This document shows, one piece after another, positions 1 through 14,010 of a DNA stretch of 64,000 nt. The stretch's first letter is position 1, and each line of letters starts with the position of its first letter. The notes beneath the pieces are model-generated. The model was given only the letters and a program-made list of their open reading frames with translations. It ran no database searches and had not been told where the DNA came from. The position numbers and the translations under genes were made by a program. Source of the stretch: Leucoraja ocellata (Eukaryota); assembly GCA_036785375.1 (NCBI GenBank), contig JAWMAR010000116.1:1-64000 (forward strand), in the 5' to 3' direction.

Positions 1-300
1 GATCCAAAACGTCACCTATTTATTTTCTCCAGAAATGCAACCCGACCCGCTGAGTTACTCCAGCATTTTGTGTAGTTCCTTGGTCATGAGTTAAATGTGA
101 ACATGTAATCTCCACATCATTAAGTAGGGATCAGGGGGTTTGTTCTTATAGGATTAATACTGGATTTTATGGTAAACATTGTAGTTATCATTCTGCGTGA
201 TGTGATACTTGATTAATTGCTGGCTGCTGGATTGATGGCTGCAATAGTTTGCAGTAATGACCTGATCAGCCTGTATAAACATGCTACGCCTTGCTGTACT

Positions 301-870
301 TGTTACGACTCCCGAATGCAGGTACTTCAGAGCCGCGTAACACAAGGCAAAAACCAGGTTCAAGTTCAAAAATAGTTTTAATTATTCAATGGAACACAAA
401 ACCCAAACCTGATTTAAACAACCCAGTCAGGGATATGGATGAACTGACAAACAATTTAACAATGCTCCAGCCAGCCATGTGATGGACCGTCGAACCGGAG
501 ACTCTAAAACCTGCCTAAAGAGATATAACCCTGAAACAAAATACACAAAAACACTAAGGTCAGCCCTTATCCGTCCCAATTCAATATTTGTTACCAAGGA
601 ATGGTAAAGTACACAAAGTTCTATGCCATGTGGCCAGGCCTCCCTCGGTTCACACCAGCCGTCTGCTCATCAGTCAGGGTTGACGAAGAAGAGAGAGAAT
701 CCTGAGAAGCTCTGGTATTTAAGCTTCAGATGAGTCACCCGTCTTGGCCAATCGGGTACAGGAGCCTTTAACCCCTTGATTCCAGACTCACAGCCACGAG
801 GCCTGTACTCGGGAGAGAAACAGAGAAAGGTAAGTACATAGCATTCACCAGAAGGGGGAAGCGCCTAACA
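301..870 (-). mobile_element. Solo LTR (570 bp) of an LTR retrotransposon or ERV
   Basis: Ends TGTTA...TAACA; flanked by GTACT (296-300) and GTACA (871-875), a 5-bp TSD with 1 mismatch; TATA-like (about 715-723) and polyA-like (about 376-386) signals read on the - strand; no coding content. Confidence 0.6.
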
Positions 871-1142
871 GTACAGATGAGGAAGCTAGGTGGAACTGGC
901 CAAACAAGAGGGTTCAGTTTGGCTCAACGCTGGAATTTAAATGACTGGTAGGATTGCATTTTTTTTTAATGATATCAGTGACTCATTGAATATTTATGCC
1001 ATAATGTCATATACAGCTGGGAAACAGGCCCTTTGGCCCACTTAGTCCATACCAGAGGTTAAGTACCAACCTGTAATATTCCTATTTGGTGCTCGTCTAA
1101 ATGCTTCTTAAAAGTTGTGAGAGGACTTCAGCTACTGTCCAC

Positions 1143-3165
1143 TAAGGGCAGTTGATGGCAGCCTCTGCCTACAGTCTTTCTATCTTTTTAAAAAAATTAA
1201 AAAATTGTTTTAAAAGTGTGTTTTGGAGGTTTCTTTAGTTTTTCTATGTGGGGGAGGGAGGTAGGGTAAGGGGGAAACCGTTTCCCAGTCACTTGATATG
1301 CGATATGCCATTTATTGTCACTATACATGTACAGTGAAACTGAAAGCTGCTCGTACTCAGTGCATACATACAATTTAGCACAAAAAACAAGAAACAGAAA
1401 AAACAAAAAACAGAAGGGAGATGGGGGGGGGGGGGGGGAAATAGGTGCACAAATTCTGCGGCGCTACATACATATATACATATATACAGATGGAAGTCCG
1501 TGTTGGGCGGTGTAGTCAGTGCATGTGTGAATTTGAATTTATAGTAGATATAATTCTCGGAAAGCAACTATTCCTGAGTCTGTTTGTCCTGGATTTGATG
1601 CACCTATAGCGCCTTCCAGAGGGCAGCAGGTCGAACAGTCCAAACGCAGGATGGGAGCTGTTTCTGATGATCTTCTTTGCCCTGCTAAGGCAGCGGGAGG
1701 TGTAGATGTCCATCAGGGAGGGGAGAGGGCAGCCAATGATCCTCTGCGCTGTCCTGGTTACCCTCTGAAGCCTCTCCCTGTCTGCCATGGTGCAGCTGCC
1801 ATACCATGCTGTAATGCAGTATGTCAGCAGGCTCTCGATGGACGAGCGGTAGAAGGTCAGCAGCAGGTTAGAGTCCAGGTTGTGCTTCCTGAGGACCCTC
1901 AGGAAGTGCAGCCGCTGCTGAGCCTTCTTGATGACCGCTGTCGTGTTGTCCGTCCAGGAGATGTCAGCAGCGATATGGACGCCGAGAAACCGGAAGGTGT
2001 TGACCCTCTCCACACATTCGCCGTTGATGTGTAGGGGGGCTAAGTCGGTGCTGTGCCTCATGAAGTCGACAATGAGCTCTTTTGTTTTCCTGGTGTTCAG
2101 AGCCAGATTGTTTTCTGAGCACCAGGTTGTCAACTTCAGGACTTCCTCTCTGTAGGCTGCCTCGTCTCCCTTCGAAATAAGTCCGACCACAGTAGTGTCG
2201 TCAGCAAATTTGACGATGCGGTTGTTGTTGTGGGCCGGGCTACAGTCGTAGGTGTAGAGACAGTATAAGAGGGGGCTTAGCACACAGCCCTGTGGGGAAC
2301 CGGTACTCAACCTGCGAGTGGAGGAGAGGTGGGGGCCGAGTCTCACAGTCTGGGGCCGGTTGGTGAGGAAATCCTTTATCCAGGCACATGTGACAGTGGG
2401 GAGCCCGAGAGTGACCAGTTTACCAATGAGAATGTCCGGAATGATTGTATTAAAGGCTGAACATCGACTTCCTGGTGAGGATGCGACTATTCTCCGAGTC
2501 GTATCCTCGCCCCCCCCCCCCCCCCCCCCCCCCCCTCGTGGCCTACCAACTGGATTGGTGTGGCCTTTCCTGCCGGGGACCAGCCAAAGCTTCAGCTGTG
2601 GCGGCGCAGGCGATGCCTACCTGGATCACCGTTTGAAGCTCCGGAGTGCTGGGCCTGCTGTTTCAACATCGCAGAGCTGGGGTTTGTAGAGCTCACAGCG
2701 CGGGCGGTGCTGACCTCAACATCACGGAGTCCTGGGACCTTTTGCCGAGGGCTGCCAACGTGAATCTCTGCCCAGCGCAGCCGGTGGATTTCGGGAGCTG
2801 CTGTCTCCGATAGGAAGTGGCCGATTCGGATGTCCAAGCCGTTGAGGTGGTTCTCCCGTTCCGACGTCGGAGTTCCATCATTCCAGCGAGAGGGCCTGAA
2901 CATCGGGCCGCCTGTAGCGGCGACTGCGAGGGATTCGTGAGTCCCCTAACCACGGGTGAACAACAGAGGACAGAGGATGATGACTGAATTTTGGAGCCTT
3001 CCCTCACAGTGGGAAACTTTGATTCCGCTGTGTGGGGATGTCTGTGTTAAAGACTATCGTGTTCTGTGTTCTTGATTATTTGTATGGCTGTATGGTGACC
3101 ACGCATTTCACTGTACCAATTGGTACATGTGACAAATAAATGTATCTTGTATCTTTTATCTTGTA
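1143..3165 (+). mobile_element. GC-rich non-autonomous non-LTR element with Rex1-like 3' tail, split by a Rex1 insertion (1143-1294 and 2467-3165)
   Basis: Sequence reads through ...cccagtcACTT / ACTTcctggtg...; 3' end catttcactgtacc-aatt-ggtacatgtgacaaataaa followed by (tatcttg)-type repeats; same layout as 32429-33313. Confidence 0.55.
1295..2466 (-). mobile_element. Rex1/Babar LINE, 5'-truncated; reverse transcriptase C-terminal half plus 3' UTR
   Basis: ORF 1516-2346 (frame open upstream to about 2460) with [44 protein letters not shown] and [10 protein letters not shown]; 3' tail tgacaataaa-(gcatatc)n; ACTT repeated at both junctions. Confidence 0.9.
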
Positions 3166-3535
3166 TCCCTGAGAAGTTCATTCCACATTTCAAACATTCT
3201 ATGGATGAAGAACTCCTTCCTCAAATCCCCTCTAATCTTTTACTCCTTAATGTAAATCTGTGCCCTCTGGTTCTAACCACCTCTGTCAAGAAGTTTTTTT
3301 CAGTCTCTATCCTATTTATGCCCCTCATAATGTCGTAAACCTCAGTCAGGTCCCCCATCAGCTCCATGGAAAACAAACCTTGCCGATCAAGTCTGTCATT
3401 CGAAATGCTCCATCCCAGGCAGTCTTGATGAATTCCCTTGGCACCATCTCCATTGTAACCATGTCCCTCCTAGAGTGTCCCAGCCAGAACGGCATATATT
3501 ACTTCAGGTGTGGCCTAACTAATGTTTTATATACG

Positions 3536-3700
3536 TAGGAAAGAACTGCAATTGCTGGTTTAAATCAAATGAAGACATAAAATGCTGGAGTAACTCAGCG
3601 GGACTTCAGACTGAAAAAGGGTCTCCACCCGAAACGTCACCCATTCATTCATTCCAGAGATGCTGCCTGTCCCACTGAGTTACTCCAGCATTTTGTGTCT
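3536..3700. repeat. Penelope-derived fold-back repeat with degenerate hammerhead motif
   Basis: aaaatgctggagtaactcagcgggac is inverted later as gtcccactgagttactccagcatttt; centre ctgaaaaagggtctccacccgaaacgtc. Confidence 0.7.
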
Positions 3701-4355
3701 CCCTTTTCTATCCATTTATCCATCTACCCATCTCTAACAGTCTCATTTTGTATGTATGTATGTATGTTCCCAAAATATAGCCAAACGGTAAACGATAGCG
3801 CAACAATTTTAGGGGTGCCTTACTCACCATTCGCCTGCGGTGTGCAGTTTTGTTATATTTTAAAAGGTAATTCACTTAATAAACTTTAATGAACTTTATA
3901 TTGTGAATGGAACAAGTTTCAATGTGGCAGTCGAGCCTGCGCAGTGCGCTCCACTTGCCGGGCCCGTCAACCCCGCCTGCACAGTTCGGAGAGGGTTGCC
4001 AGGCCCGGTGTCCACGCGTGCGCGCAGAAGGAATGAAGAGACGGAACTCGAAATAACTGAACATCTCGAGGATCCAACACTAGAGGGCATAGCTATAAGG
4101 TGAGAGGGGGAAAGCTTAATTGAGATGTGTGGGGCAAGTTTTGTTATGCATAGTAGTGGGTGCCTGCTGTAGAGGTGGGGGCAGATGCCATAATGGCACT
4201 TACTGTAAGAGGTTTATAGATAGGCATGTGGGAGTGCCAGTAATAGAGGGTTATGGATCATGTACAGGCAGATGAGATTAGTTTAATTTGGCATCATGTT
4301 CAACACAGATATCATGGGCTGAGGTGCCTGTTCCAGTACTGTATTGATCTATGTT

Positions 4356-4652
4356 TAGTTTAGTTTTTAGATACACAGCTTGGAAACAGGCTCTTTGGCC
4401 GACCGAGTCCGCGCCAACTAGCAATCACCTATACACTAGTTCTATTCTACGCAGAAACCAATTAACCTACAGAAATTTACAGAAGCCAATTAACCTACAA
4501 ATCTGCACATCTTTGGAATGTGGGAGGAAACTGGAGCACCCGGATAAAACACAAGCAGTCACCGTACAAACTCCATACAGACAGCACCCGTAGTAAGGAT
4601 CGAACCTGGGTCTCTGGTGCTGTAAGACAGCAACTCTACCACAGCGCCGTCC
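4356..4652 (-). mobile_element. HE1-type tRNA-derived V-SINE
   Basis: tRNA-like head, V-domain (gggttttatccgggtgctccagtttcctcccaca on -), CR1-type tail and (taaac)n. Confidence 0.85.
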
Positions 4653-4679
4653 CTAATTGTTCTCTGTGCAATTTGAATG

Positions 4680-5220
4680 TGACCGAAGATGCCATGGTTA
4701 GTAAATTTGTGGATGAATCTAATATTAGTGGCATATCGAGCAGTGAAATAGGTTATCTAAGATTAAAACGGGATTGTGGTCAACTGGGCCAATGGGCTGA
4801 AGAATGGCAAATGGAGTTTAATTCGGATAAATGTGAGCGGTTGCATTTTGGTAGGCCAGACCAGGGCAGGATTTACACTGTAAATGTTGGGGCCTTGGGG
4901 AATCTTGGAAAACGAGACACCTAGAGGTATGCAATCAACCTGGCATGCACAATCAAATAAGATCAAATAGAACAAGTTGTCCTACAACTTTAGGCTGTGC
5001 CCGCCATACGCAAGAAGAAGCAGAGCATAGGTTCGTCCTGTTTCCATTGATTATCCTTGAGATGTTTCTACAACTTGATTGGAGTCCACCATCTGGAGGA
5101 TCTCTCATGTAGTTGCATGAAAGTGCATCGCAGGGAGACAGGGCAGTGAAGAAAGCATTTGGCACTCTTGCTTTAATCGGTCGGGGTAATGAGTATAGGC
5201 GTTGGGACGTCACATTACAG
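4680..5220 (+). mobile_element. Degenerate CR1 LINE RT fragment
   Basis: SKFVDE, QWAEEWQMEFNSDKC..LHFG and VKKAFGTLALI in ORFs 4520-4924 and 5113-5334. Confidence 0.75.
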
Positions 5221-5544
5221 TTGACTCTGTTTTTCTTTCCTCAGATGCTGCCTGACCTGCTGCGTATTTCCAGCATTTTCTATTTTAATTCAATATACAG
5301 TACACAGCTTTTTGATTCTCAAAACAAGAACTAAATACATGACCTGGATAACTTTCAGTCGTGAACTGATAAGTGGAAAATAATTTATAAGAATTCTGTG
5401 CCTGTCGTTGACTATAGTCGAAGCCATCACTGATATTCGAAGATATTTCAATCACCCTGATTATCAATATCTGAGGTATCACCATTGGCCAGAAAACAAA
5501 CTACACCAGCTTCATAAATACCATGGGTACAAAAATCAGCACTG

Positions 5545-5840
5545 GGGCATAGCTAGTAGAGTTGCTGCCTCACAGTGCCAGAGACCCTGTTCGATTCTGA
5601 CCTCGGGTGCTGCCTGTGTGGAGTTTGCACGTTCTCGCGGTGCCCGCCATGGGTTTCCTCCGGGTGCTCCACTTTCCTCCGACATCCCAAAGATGCGCAG
5701 GTTTGTAGGTTAATTGGCCTCTGTAAATTGCCTCTTGTAAGGAGTGGATGTGTAAATGAGATAATATGGAATCTTTGTGATGGTCAGCATGGACTCGATG
5801 GGCCGAAGGGCTGGTTTCCATGCTGCATCTCTAAGACTAA
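5545..5840 (+). mobile_element. HE1-type V-SINE
   Basis: tRNA head, V-domain and gggccgaagggctggtttcc tail. Confidence 0.85.
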
Positions 5841-8800
5841 CAAGAGCAAAAGCAAGTCAGAGGCTGGGTATTCTACCAGAAGTGACTCACTCCAAATACC
5901 CCTGAACCTTTCCACCACCTGCAAGTAGTGTGATGGTATAATTGGCTGGATTAGTGTAGCTCCAACATCCAGGATAAAGCAGTAACAAGAAACTGTAAAT
6001 GCTAGTTTTTCCCAGAGAAAGGCATAAAGTGCTGGAGTAATTTAGCGGGTCAGGCAGCATCTGGAGAACATGGACAGGTGATGTTTCAGGTCAGGACCCT
6101 TCTTCAGACACTGAAAAACTCAATCTCACAATGTATGTAAGATCCAATTATCATTCCCATGCCTGTGATTCAACCTACTGAAAAGGAATAAATCTGCAGA
6201 TTGCAACATTTCTTTAGGGATTTTCCCAACCCCCCCCCTGTCAAGGTTACAGATGGAGAATGGGTGGAAGTTCTCCACTATCAGCACAATATCACTATGT
6301 TACTCTCTTCCTTACCCTCTCCCCAACCTCTGATGAAGTTAAAACAACCTCCCAGGGGACAATACACATGTATGAATCACATATATTTATGTCGGCGATC
6401 ACAAAACCAGAAAAGATCATGACAGTGGAGTGATTTTATAATGTTGAAAAGGATTTTGAAATCCAATCATGAACCGACGTAGGTTAGTGAGCACAAGGAT
6501 GAAGGATGAAGGAGATTTGCTGCGTTAGGTGGGTAGGGGTGGAGTTCCTGGTTGCAGAGAGTGAAGAGGTCCACAAGTAAAGCATTCAATTTAGAGGTAT
6601 GGATGATGTGGGTGCGAGAACTCATTGAATTCAAACTCATTGAAGGCAGGTATGCATGAGCACTTAATTACAGTTAAATAATATCACCTATCCATGACTA
6701 CTTTCAATACAATCAATACCCTTCTGATTACGCTTAAATGCCCTCAAATGACTGCATAACGCTTATTCCAGTTGGTGCGACTATGTATAATACAATCAAA
6801 AATAAAAATACTGCAGATGCTGGAAGTAAAATAAAGACGAAAATGCTGGAAATATACAGCAGGTCATGCCAGACGGGTCTTCCTGGTCAGCTAACCCCCC
6901 CCGATAATCCCCCCCGATAATCTAACCACTAACCTGAGACTGAAGCCTGATTCCTCCACAGGCCTGCTCCTCTGGTATCTTTGGGCCTGACCCATTGAGT
7001 TCCTCCAGCATTGTGTGTTTTGCTCAGGATTCCATCATCTGCTGTTTCTTCTGTTGAACAGATAATCTTGTTCACAATTTATATCCATGGTCATCCTAGA
7101 TTTACCCTATCAGACAATCCCTCTTCCTCACTCATCCGCTAGCTTCCATCCTTATTTCAAACTCTTTGGCTTTTCATTTCTGGCCTTGGTCAAACTATCT
7201 ACCTATCATACCCCCTCAACTATCACTCACCAGGCTTTGTCTTGCCCCTCCTCTGTTCCAGTTTTCTCTTCCCTCCCCCCCCCCCCCCCCCCCCACCCCA
7301 CCCCACCCCAAAACAATCATTCTGCCGATGAGTCCCCAACTTGAAATGTCACCTCTCTATTTTCTTCACAGATGCTGCCCGACCTGCTGAGTTACTCCAG
7401 CACTTTGTGTCTTTTGTTGGTAAACCTGCATATTCAGTTCTTTGTGTCTTCAAGCTAACTTTGTCTCTATACACAAATTCTTCTGAGTACTATCAGTACT
7501 TTTTGCTTTACTTTGATATTTGTATGTCTTCCTTAATATTGTGTTTGTCTAGAATCAAGCGTTTTTATTTGTCATATGCATCGGATATGAACGGAAACAA
7601 TTAAATTCTTACTCGCTGCAGCATTGCAGGGTCATAAGTGCATCAACAATGGTAAATTATGCATTGGGCATCCATGTTTGTCTGTAAATGTTCCAATTAA
7701 AAGCCTTGGAAAGCTAAAGCCACAATATAAACGCAATTAATTATTACTAGTGCTTTTGAGATCTTACATTGTCAAACATCTGCAGGACTCAGATAAGGTG
7801 AAATCACTTTTGTGGAAAACCTATAAAGACAATTTTTTCCACCCATGCAGGAGAATGTTGGATGGGGTTGGAAATGAGACATAACAACCAAAATTGTTTA
7901 ATGAATGTGAAAAATAAAACCAATGAAGGAATTGATTCAGCATGTGATTAAAACATTAGGCATTAATGCCCCTTGATAGTCTATTTTTAAAAAGGGGTTA
8001 GATAGCTGATCAGACTGTTTTTAATTTGTTTGCATCACCACAATGATGGAAAATGTTAATGTATTTAATAACTTAATAAGGGCAACTAAAGCAAACATAT
8101 TTACGTAGCAGCATTCAGTCGCGTGTGTCAACTTCTGATTTCAGTCATATTAATCATTTATATTTGAGTCTCCAGTCAGCGATATACTTAGTCGGACGCA
8201 TGTTTGATAGAAGGAGTGTTAAGTCCTCAAAGGAAAGGTCCGTTGTTATTCATCTCACGCTTTATCATTGTTAGTTGTGTTCAGTGTGGAAAGTGAACAG
8301 AAAAGCACAATGAGTGGAGAGTACAGATAGATACATTATTAAGCGAATACTTGCCATTGTTGCAGTGTTAATATCAGGAAAATCAGAGATGCAGAGAAAT
8401 TGTGGCACTGTGTGCTTCCTCCCATATGTGCTGAATCAAAGGGCAATTAAGTGTCACAAGATGTATTTGTGGGTCTGTTTTCTTAAAGGGACAGTCTGAT
8501 ATGCATGTGAATCATCTAAAATCTTTTTTTTTTTCAAAATCCATTGACAATATATAAGCAAAATCGTAGAGGTTTACTTGTATGACAGCATGATTACTAT
8601 TTAATGTAAACTCTTGATGCAAGCTTAATGTTTGAAGGAGTGTTTTAGAAGCAAACATACCAGATGAATAAACTGTCCAAAAAAAATGGCAACATAAATA
8701 AACACATGGATGCAGAAAAAAAAATTGTTAGTTCCATATTTTAAAGTCAACATCTCTGCTTGCAAAAATAAAACTGATGGTGGAACTCAGCCTGAAGAAG

Positions 8801-9889
8801 GGTCTCGACCCGAAACAACACCCATTCCTTCTCTCCAGAGATGCTACCTGTCCCGCTGAATTACTCCAGCTTTTTGTGTCTATGGTAGGAAGTGGAGTTG
8901 GTTTTGTAAATGGGTGAACTGCAGACGAGGTGGGGGCGGTGGAATGGAACAAAACTGGGTGACATGGTATAGGCTGGCAAAAGGGGCTTGAGGGGGGGAA
9001 GATTAGGAGAGATGTTTTCACTGGGAGCAGCACCATTATGTAACACATCAAACCCTAAAGCTTCCAATTTAAATTATAATAAACCTAGGCACAAGGTGGT
9101 CACTTCAATGCTTCATTGGTTCAATGGTGCTTATTTGTCACATATGCAACTACATAGCAAAATTCTTTTTGCATAGATTACACATGCAGGCGCCGCCATC
9201 TTGTGGCACCATTTCCAAAGTGTGAACGATATGTACTGTATGATGACTTAGTCTTCAATCTTATACTTGGTCAAGACGCACGTGGTGTGCTGGTGGTGGA
9301 TTTCATTACCGAAAAATTAATAATATTGGTAGCTGAACATGTAAGCCAGTGGTATAATATTGCTGTGTCATTGTCTTCAACAATTGGGCTGCAAGATGAA
9401 GACAGGAGGGTATGGAACTGAGTACCTGGGACGCCAGATATCATCGTTGAGCCCTCTGGAAGCGTTGTGGGCTTATCAATGAAACGTCACGAAGGAGAGT
9501 GCCCACCTGACGACACTGATGAAGTACCTACCTTACCTTTCACCAATCCCACTGCCAATATCAAGAGTGCCGACTTACTAAAGCGATTGAAACATCAAGT
9601 CCTATTAGCTCTACTGCTCTTCTTTTAAAGAAAGAGGCTTGTTTATTTTAAAATGACCAATAGAGTTATCCATTAATATAACAACATTAGAAATTAGATC
9701 GACTCTTTGCTGCTGTACTGAAGGTTTTGTTTCAATATTGAGGAATAATCTTCTTTTGCATTGTGTTTACTAATAAACCAACACAAGATGCCCCTGAAGT
9801 TTCTACATGCATTCCTTAGGTTAGAGTTTGGTTGAATACAGTTAGACCCATCAGCCAAGATCAAAGGACCACCCTTGTTTCTATCTTCA

Positions 9890-10245
9890 TATAGAAGAGT
9901 ATAAAATCATGCGGGGAATAGATAGAGTGAATGCAATATATTTTACCCATGAAAGGGGAATCACGAACACATACGTTTCAGGTCAGTGCAATTTAAGACA
10001 AACCTGAGGGGCAACTTTGTCACTCAGAGGACAATGGGTGTATGGTATGTGCTGCCAAAGGAGGTAGTTGAGGCAGGTACTAAAATTGTATTTAAAAGGC
10101 ACTTGGACGGGTGCATGGATAGGAAAGGTTTAGAGGGATATGGGCCAAATATGGGCAAGACGGTAGTAACTTAGATGGGCCATCCTGGTTGGCAAGGACG
10201 AGATGGACTGAAGGTCCCTGTTTCTCAGCAGTATGATTCTATGGC
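9890..10245 (+). mobile_element. CR1 LINE 3' fragment
   Basis: LRGNFVTQR..GVW..LPKEVVEAGT...FKRHLD..MDRKGLEGYG C-terminal motif plus CR1 3' UTR. Confidence 0.8.
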
Positions 10246-10274
10246 TCAATGATGGGAAAGGTTTGGAGGGATAG

Positions 10275-12337
10275 AAACATAGAAATATAGAAAATAGGTG
10301 CAGGAGTAGGGCATTCGTCCCTTCGAGCCTGACCGCCATTCAATATGTAATGGCTGATCATCCAACTCAGTATCCCGTACCTGCCTTCTCTCCATACCCC
10401 CTGATCCCTCTAGCCACAAGGGCCACATCTAACTCCCTCTTAAATATAGCCAATGAACTGGCCTCAACTACCCTCTGTGGCAGAGAGTTCCAGAGATTCA
10501 CTCTCTCTGTGTGAAAAATGTTCTTCTCATCTCGGTTCTAAAGGATTTCCCCTCTATCCTTAAGCTGTGACCCCTTGTACTGGACTTCCCCAACATCGGG
10601 AACAATCTTCCTGCATCTAGCCTGTCCAATCCCTTAAGAATTTTGTAAGTTTCTATAAGATCCCCCCTCATTCTCCTAAATTCTAGCGAGAACAATCCAA
10701 GTCTATCCAGTCTTTCTTCATAAGAAACTCCTGACATCCCAGGTATCAATCTGGTGAACCTTCTCTGCACTCCCTCTATGGCAATAATGTCCTTCCTCAG
10801 ATTTGGAGACCAAAACTGTACGCAATACTCCAGGTGTGGTCTCACCAAGACCCTGTACAACTGCAGCAGAACCTCCCTGTTCCTATACTCAAATTATTTT
10901 GCTATGAATGCCAACATACCATTCGCTTTCTTTACTGCCTGCTGCACCTGCATGCCTACTTTCATTGACTGGTGTACCATGACACCCAGGTCTCATTGCA
11001 TCTCCCCTTTTCCTAATCGGCCACCATTTAGATAATAGTCAGCTTTCCTGTTTTTGCCACCAAAGTGGATAACCTCACATTTATCCACATTATACTGCAT
11101 TTGCCATGCATTTGCCCACTCATCCAGCCTATCCAAGTCACCTTGCAGCCTCCTAACATCCTCCTCACAGCTAACACTGCCCCCCAGCTTCTTGTCATCT
11201 GCAAACATGGAGATGTTGCATTCAATTCCCTCGTCCAAATCATTAATATATATTGTAAATAGCTGGTACCCCACTAGTCACTGCCTGCCATTCTGAAAAG
11301 GACCCGTTTACTACTACTCTTTGCTTCCTGTTTGCCAGCCAGTTCTCTATCCACATCAATACTGAACCCCCAATACCGTGTGCTTTAAGTTTGTATACTA
11401 ATCTCTTATGTGGGACCTTGTCGAAAGCCTTCTGAAAGTCCAGATATAACACATCCACTGGTTCTCCCCTATCCACTCTACTAGTTACATCCTCGAAAAA
11501 TTCTATAAGATTCGTCAGACATGATTTACCCTTCATAAATCCATGCTGACTTTGTCCAATGATTTCACCACTTTCCAAATGTGCTGCTATCCCATCTTTA
11601 ATAACTGACTAGCAGTTTCCTCACTACCGATGTTAGACTAACCGATCTGTAATTCCCCGTTTTTTCTCTCCCTCCCTTTTTAAAAAGTGGGGTTACATTA
11701 GCTACCTTCCCATCCTCAGGAACTACTCCAGAATCTAAAGAGTTTTGAAAAATTATCACTAATGCATCCACTATTTCTGGAGCTACTTCCTTAAGTACTC
11801 TGGGATGCAGCCTATCTGGCCCTGGGGATTTATCGGCCTTTAATCCATTCAATTTACCTAACACCACTTCCCGGCTAACCTGGATTTCACTCAGTTCCCC
11901 CATCTCATTTGATCCGCGGTCCCCTGCCATTCCCGGCAGATTATTTATGTCTTCCTTGGTGAAGGCGGAACCAAAGTAGTTATTCAATTGGTCCACCATG
12001 TCCTTGATCCCCATGATCAATTCACCTGTTTCTGACTGCAAGGGACCTACATTTGTTTTTACTAATCTCTTTCTCTTCACGTATCTATAAAAACATTTGC
12101 AGTCAGTTTTTATGTTCCCTGCCCGTTTTCATTCATAATCTATTTTCCCTTTCCTAATTAAGCCCTTTGTCCTCCTCTGCTGGTCTCTGAATTTCTCCCA
12201 GTCCTCTGGTAGGCTGCTTTTTCTGGATAATTTGTCGCTTCATCATTTGCTTTGATACTATCCCTGATTTCCCTTGTTATCCACGGATGCACTACCTTCC
12301 CTGATTTATTATTTTGCCAAACTGGGATGAACAATTT
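10275..12337 (-). mobile_element. CR1 (HER1-type) LINE, 5'-truncated, frameshifted ORF2
   Basis: ORFs 11598-12080, 11243-11578, 10993-11274 and 10498-10860 carry KSPGPD.LHPRVLKE, QHGFMKGKSCLTNL, YLDFQKAFDKVPH, FADD and RPHLEYCVQFW; the PQGSVLGP motif is deleted near 11267; (ttctatgt)-type tail; GGATAG duplicated at 10269-10274 and 12338-12343. Confidence 0.93.
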
Positions 12338-12429
12338 GGATAGTTTATAAACAGTGATAAATGGGACTAGCATATTAAGGCATCTTGCTGAGCATTGATC
12401 AGCTGGGGCCCTGTTTCCTTGCTCTATGA

Positions 12430-12940
12430 CTATAAGTTATAGAATTATAAGGTGCAGAAGTGGTTCCTTCAGCCCAACTTGCCCATGCCGGCAAACATGT
12501 CCCATTTACTCTGGTCCCACTTGCCCACATTTGGCCCATATCCTTTTAAACCTATTGTATCCATATACTGTCCAAATGTGTTTATACATTGTGATAGTAC
12601 TCACCTCAACTACGTCTGGTAGCTTGTTCCAAAAACTTACCACCATTTATGAAAAAAATTGCCCTTCTGGTTCATATTAAATCTTTCCCCCCTCACCTTT
12701 AACAAAAGGCCTATCGTTTTTAATTCCCCACTCTGGATAAAAGACTCTGTGCATTTATCCTATCTGCTCCTCTCATGTTCTTATGACCCCTATAAGATCA
12801 CCTCTCACCCTCTTACGCTCCAAGGAATAAAGTCGTAGCCTGCCCAACCACTCCCTATAGCTCAGGCTCTTGAGTCCTGGCAACATCCTGGCAAATCTTC
12901 TCTGCACGCTTTCCAGCTTTACGACATCTTTCATATAACG
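12430..12940 (-). mobile_element. CR1 LINE 3' fragment
   Basis: Similar to the other CR1 3' ends in the window (for example 36021-36487). Confidence 0.75.
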
Positions 12941-13740
12941 CTAACACCTTTCCTAAAAAACATATTTTCTGTAATGTAGCACAAACTATATATTAGCATC
13001 AGCAAATGTACAAACTTCATACTGCTTCTGAAGTCAGGATCAAACCTGGATCTCTGATGCTGTGAGACAGCAGCTGTATCCTCATAAGTTCATGTTATCG
13101 GAGCAGAATTAGGCCATTCGGCCCATTAAGTCTACTCCGCTATTCAATCATGGCTGATTTATCTATTTTTCCCTCTCAACCCCATTCTCCTGCCTTCTCG
13201 CCATCACCCCTGACACCCATACTAATCAAGAATCTATCAATCTCTGCGTTAAAAATATCCATTGGCTTGAACAATGAATCCCACAGATTCACCACCCTCT
13301 GACTATCATGCACCACTGTCAATCATGAGAAGGTTGAGTAGCTGCTCAGCTTAGCCGTATTCAATTCACTGGCAGATCAGGCCTGTGAGAGCCAAATGTC
13401 TGATCTTTCTGTCCTAAAATCCAGTCAACGAAGCAGTGGCAAGGAGCCATGCTGCATATTGGGAAGGTTTATTCTTTCAAATGAAAGCTAAATCTGTGTC
13501 TAGATTGAAGCCAACCATATCTGAAAAGGGTAATTTTTCAAGTCCTTTCAATGATCTTCTGAACGGAGTGGGTTACATAGGACTTGGCTGGATTTTTTAA
13601 TTCCCGAATTACCACGGGTTTTAACCCCGCGGTGGCCTCGTAGCTTTGATTCAGCTCAAGGGCGCACACTTTATGAGACGTAGTCAAGTGAGACAGGAGA
13701 TATTTTACTTTTCCACCATGGTTCACACCTTCACACTGAG

Positions 13741-14010
13741 GCGGCATGGTGGTGCAGGGCCAGAGATCCGGGTTCGACCCTGACTACAGGTGCTGTCGGT
13801 CCAGAGTTTTTGTACATTCTCCCTGTGACCACGTGGGTTTCCTCCGGGTGCTTCAGTTTCCTCCCACACTCCAAAGACGTACACGTTTGTAGATTAATTG
13901 GCTTCAGTAAATTGTCCCCAGTGTGTGGTATAGTGTTAGTGTGCAGCGATCGCTGGTCGCCGTGGACTGAAGGGCCTGTTTCCGCGCCGTATCACTAAAC
14001 TAAACTAAAT
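13741..14010 (+). mobile_element. HE1-type V-SINE
   Basis: B-box gggttcgaccc, V-domain and (taaac)n tail. Confidence 0.85.

Noticed and set aside
2510-2535. Long C/G homopolymers (also about 1422, 7276 and 61790) as G-quadruplex signals
   Set aside because: They lie inside repeats, and homopolymer lengths are unreliable in assemblies.
3735-4040. Possible Helitron/HINE-like fragment with (GTAT)n
   Set aside because: It looks repeat-like, but I could not identify termini or a 3' hairpin.
9203-9627. Long frame interrupted by a single TGA (possible pseudogene or readthrough)
   Set aside because: The frames I translated on both strands show no recognisable family; consistent with chance.
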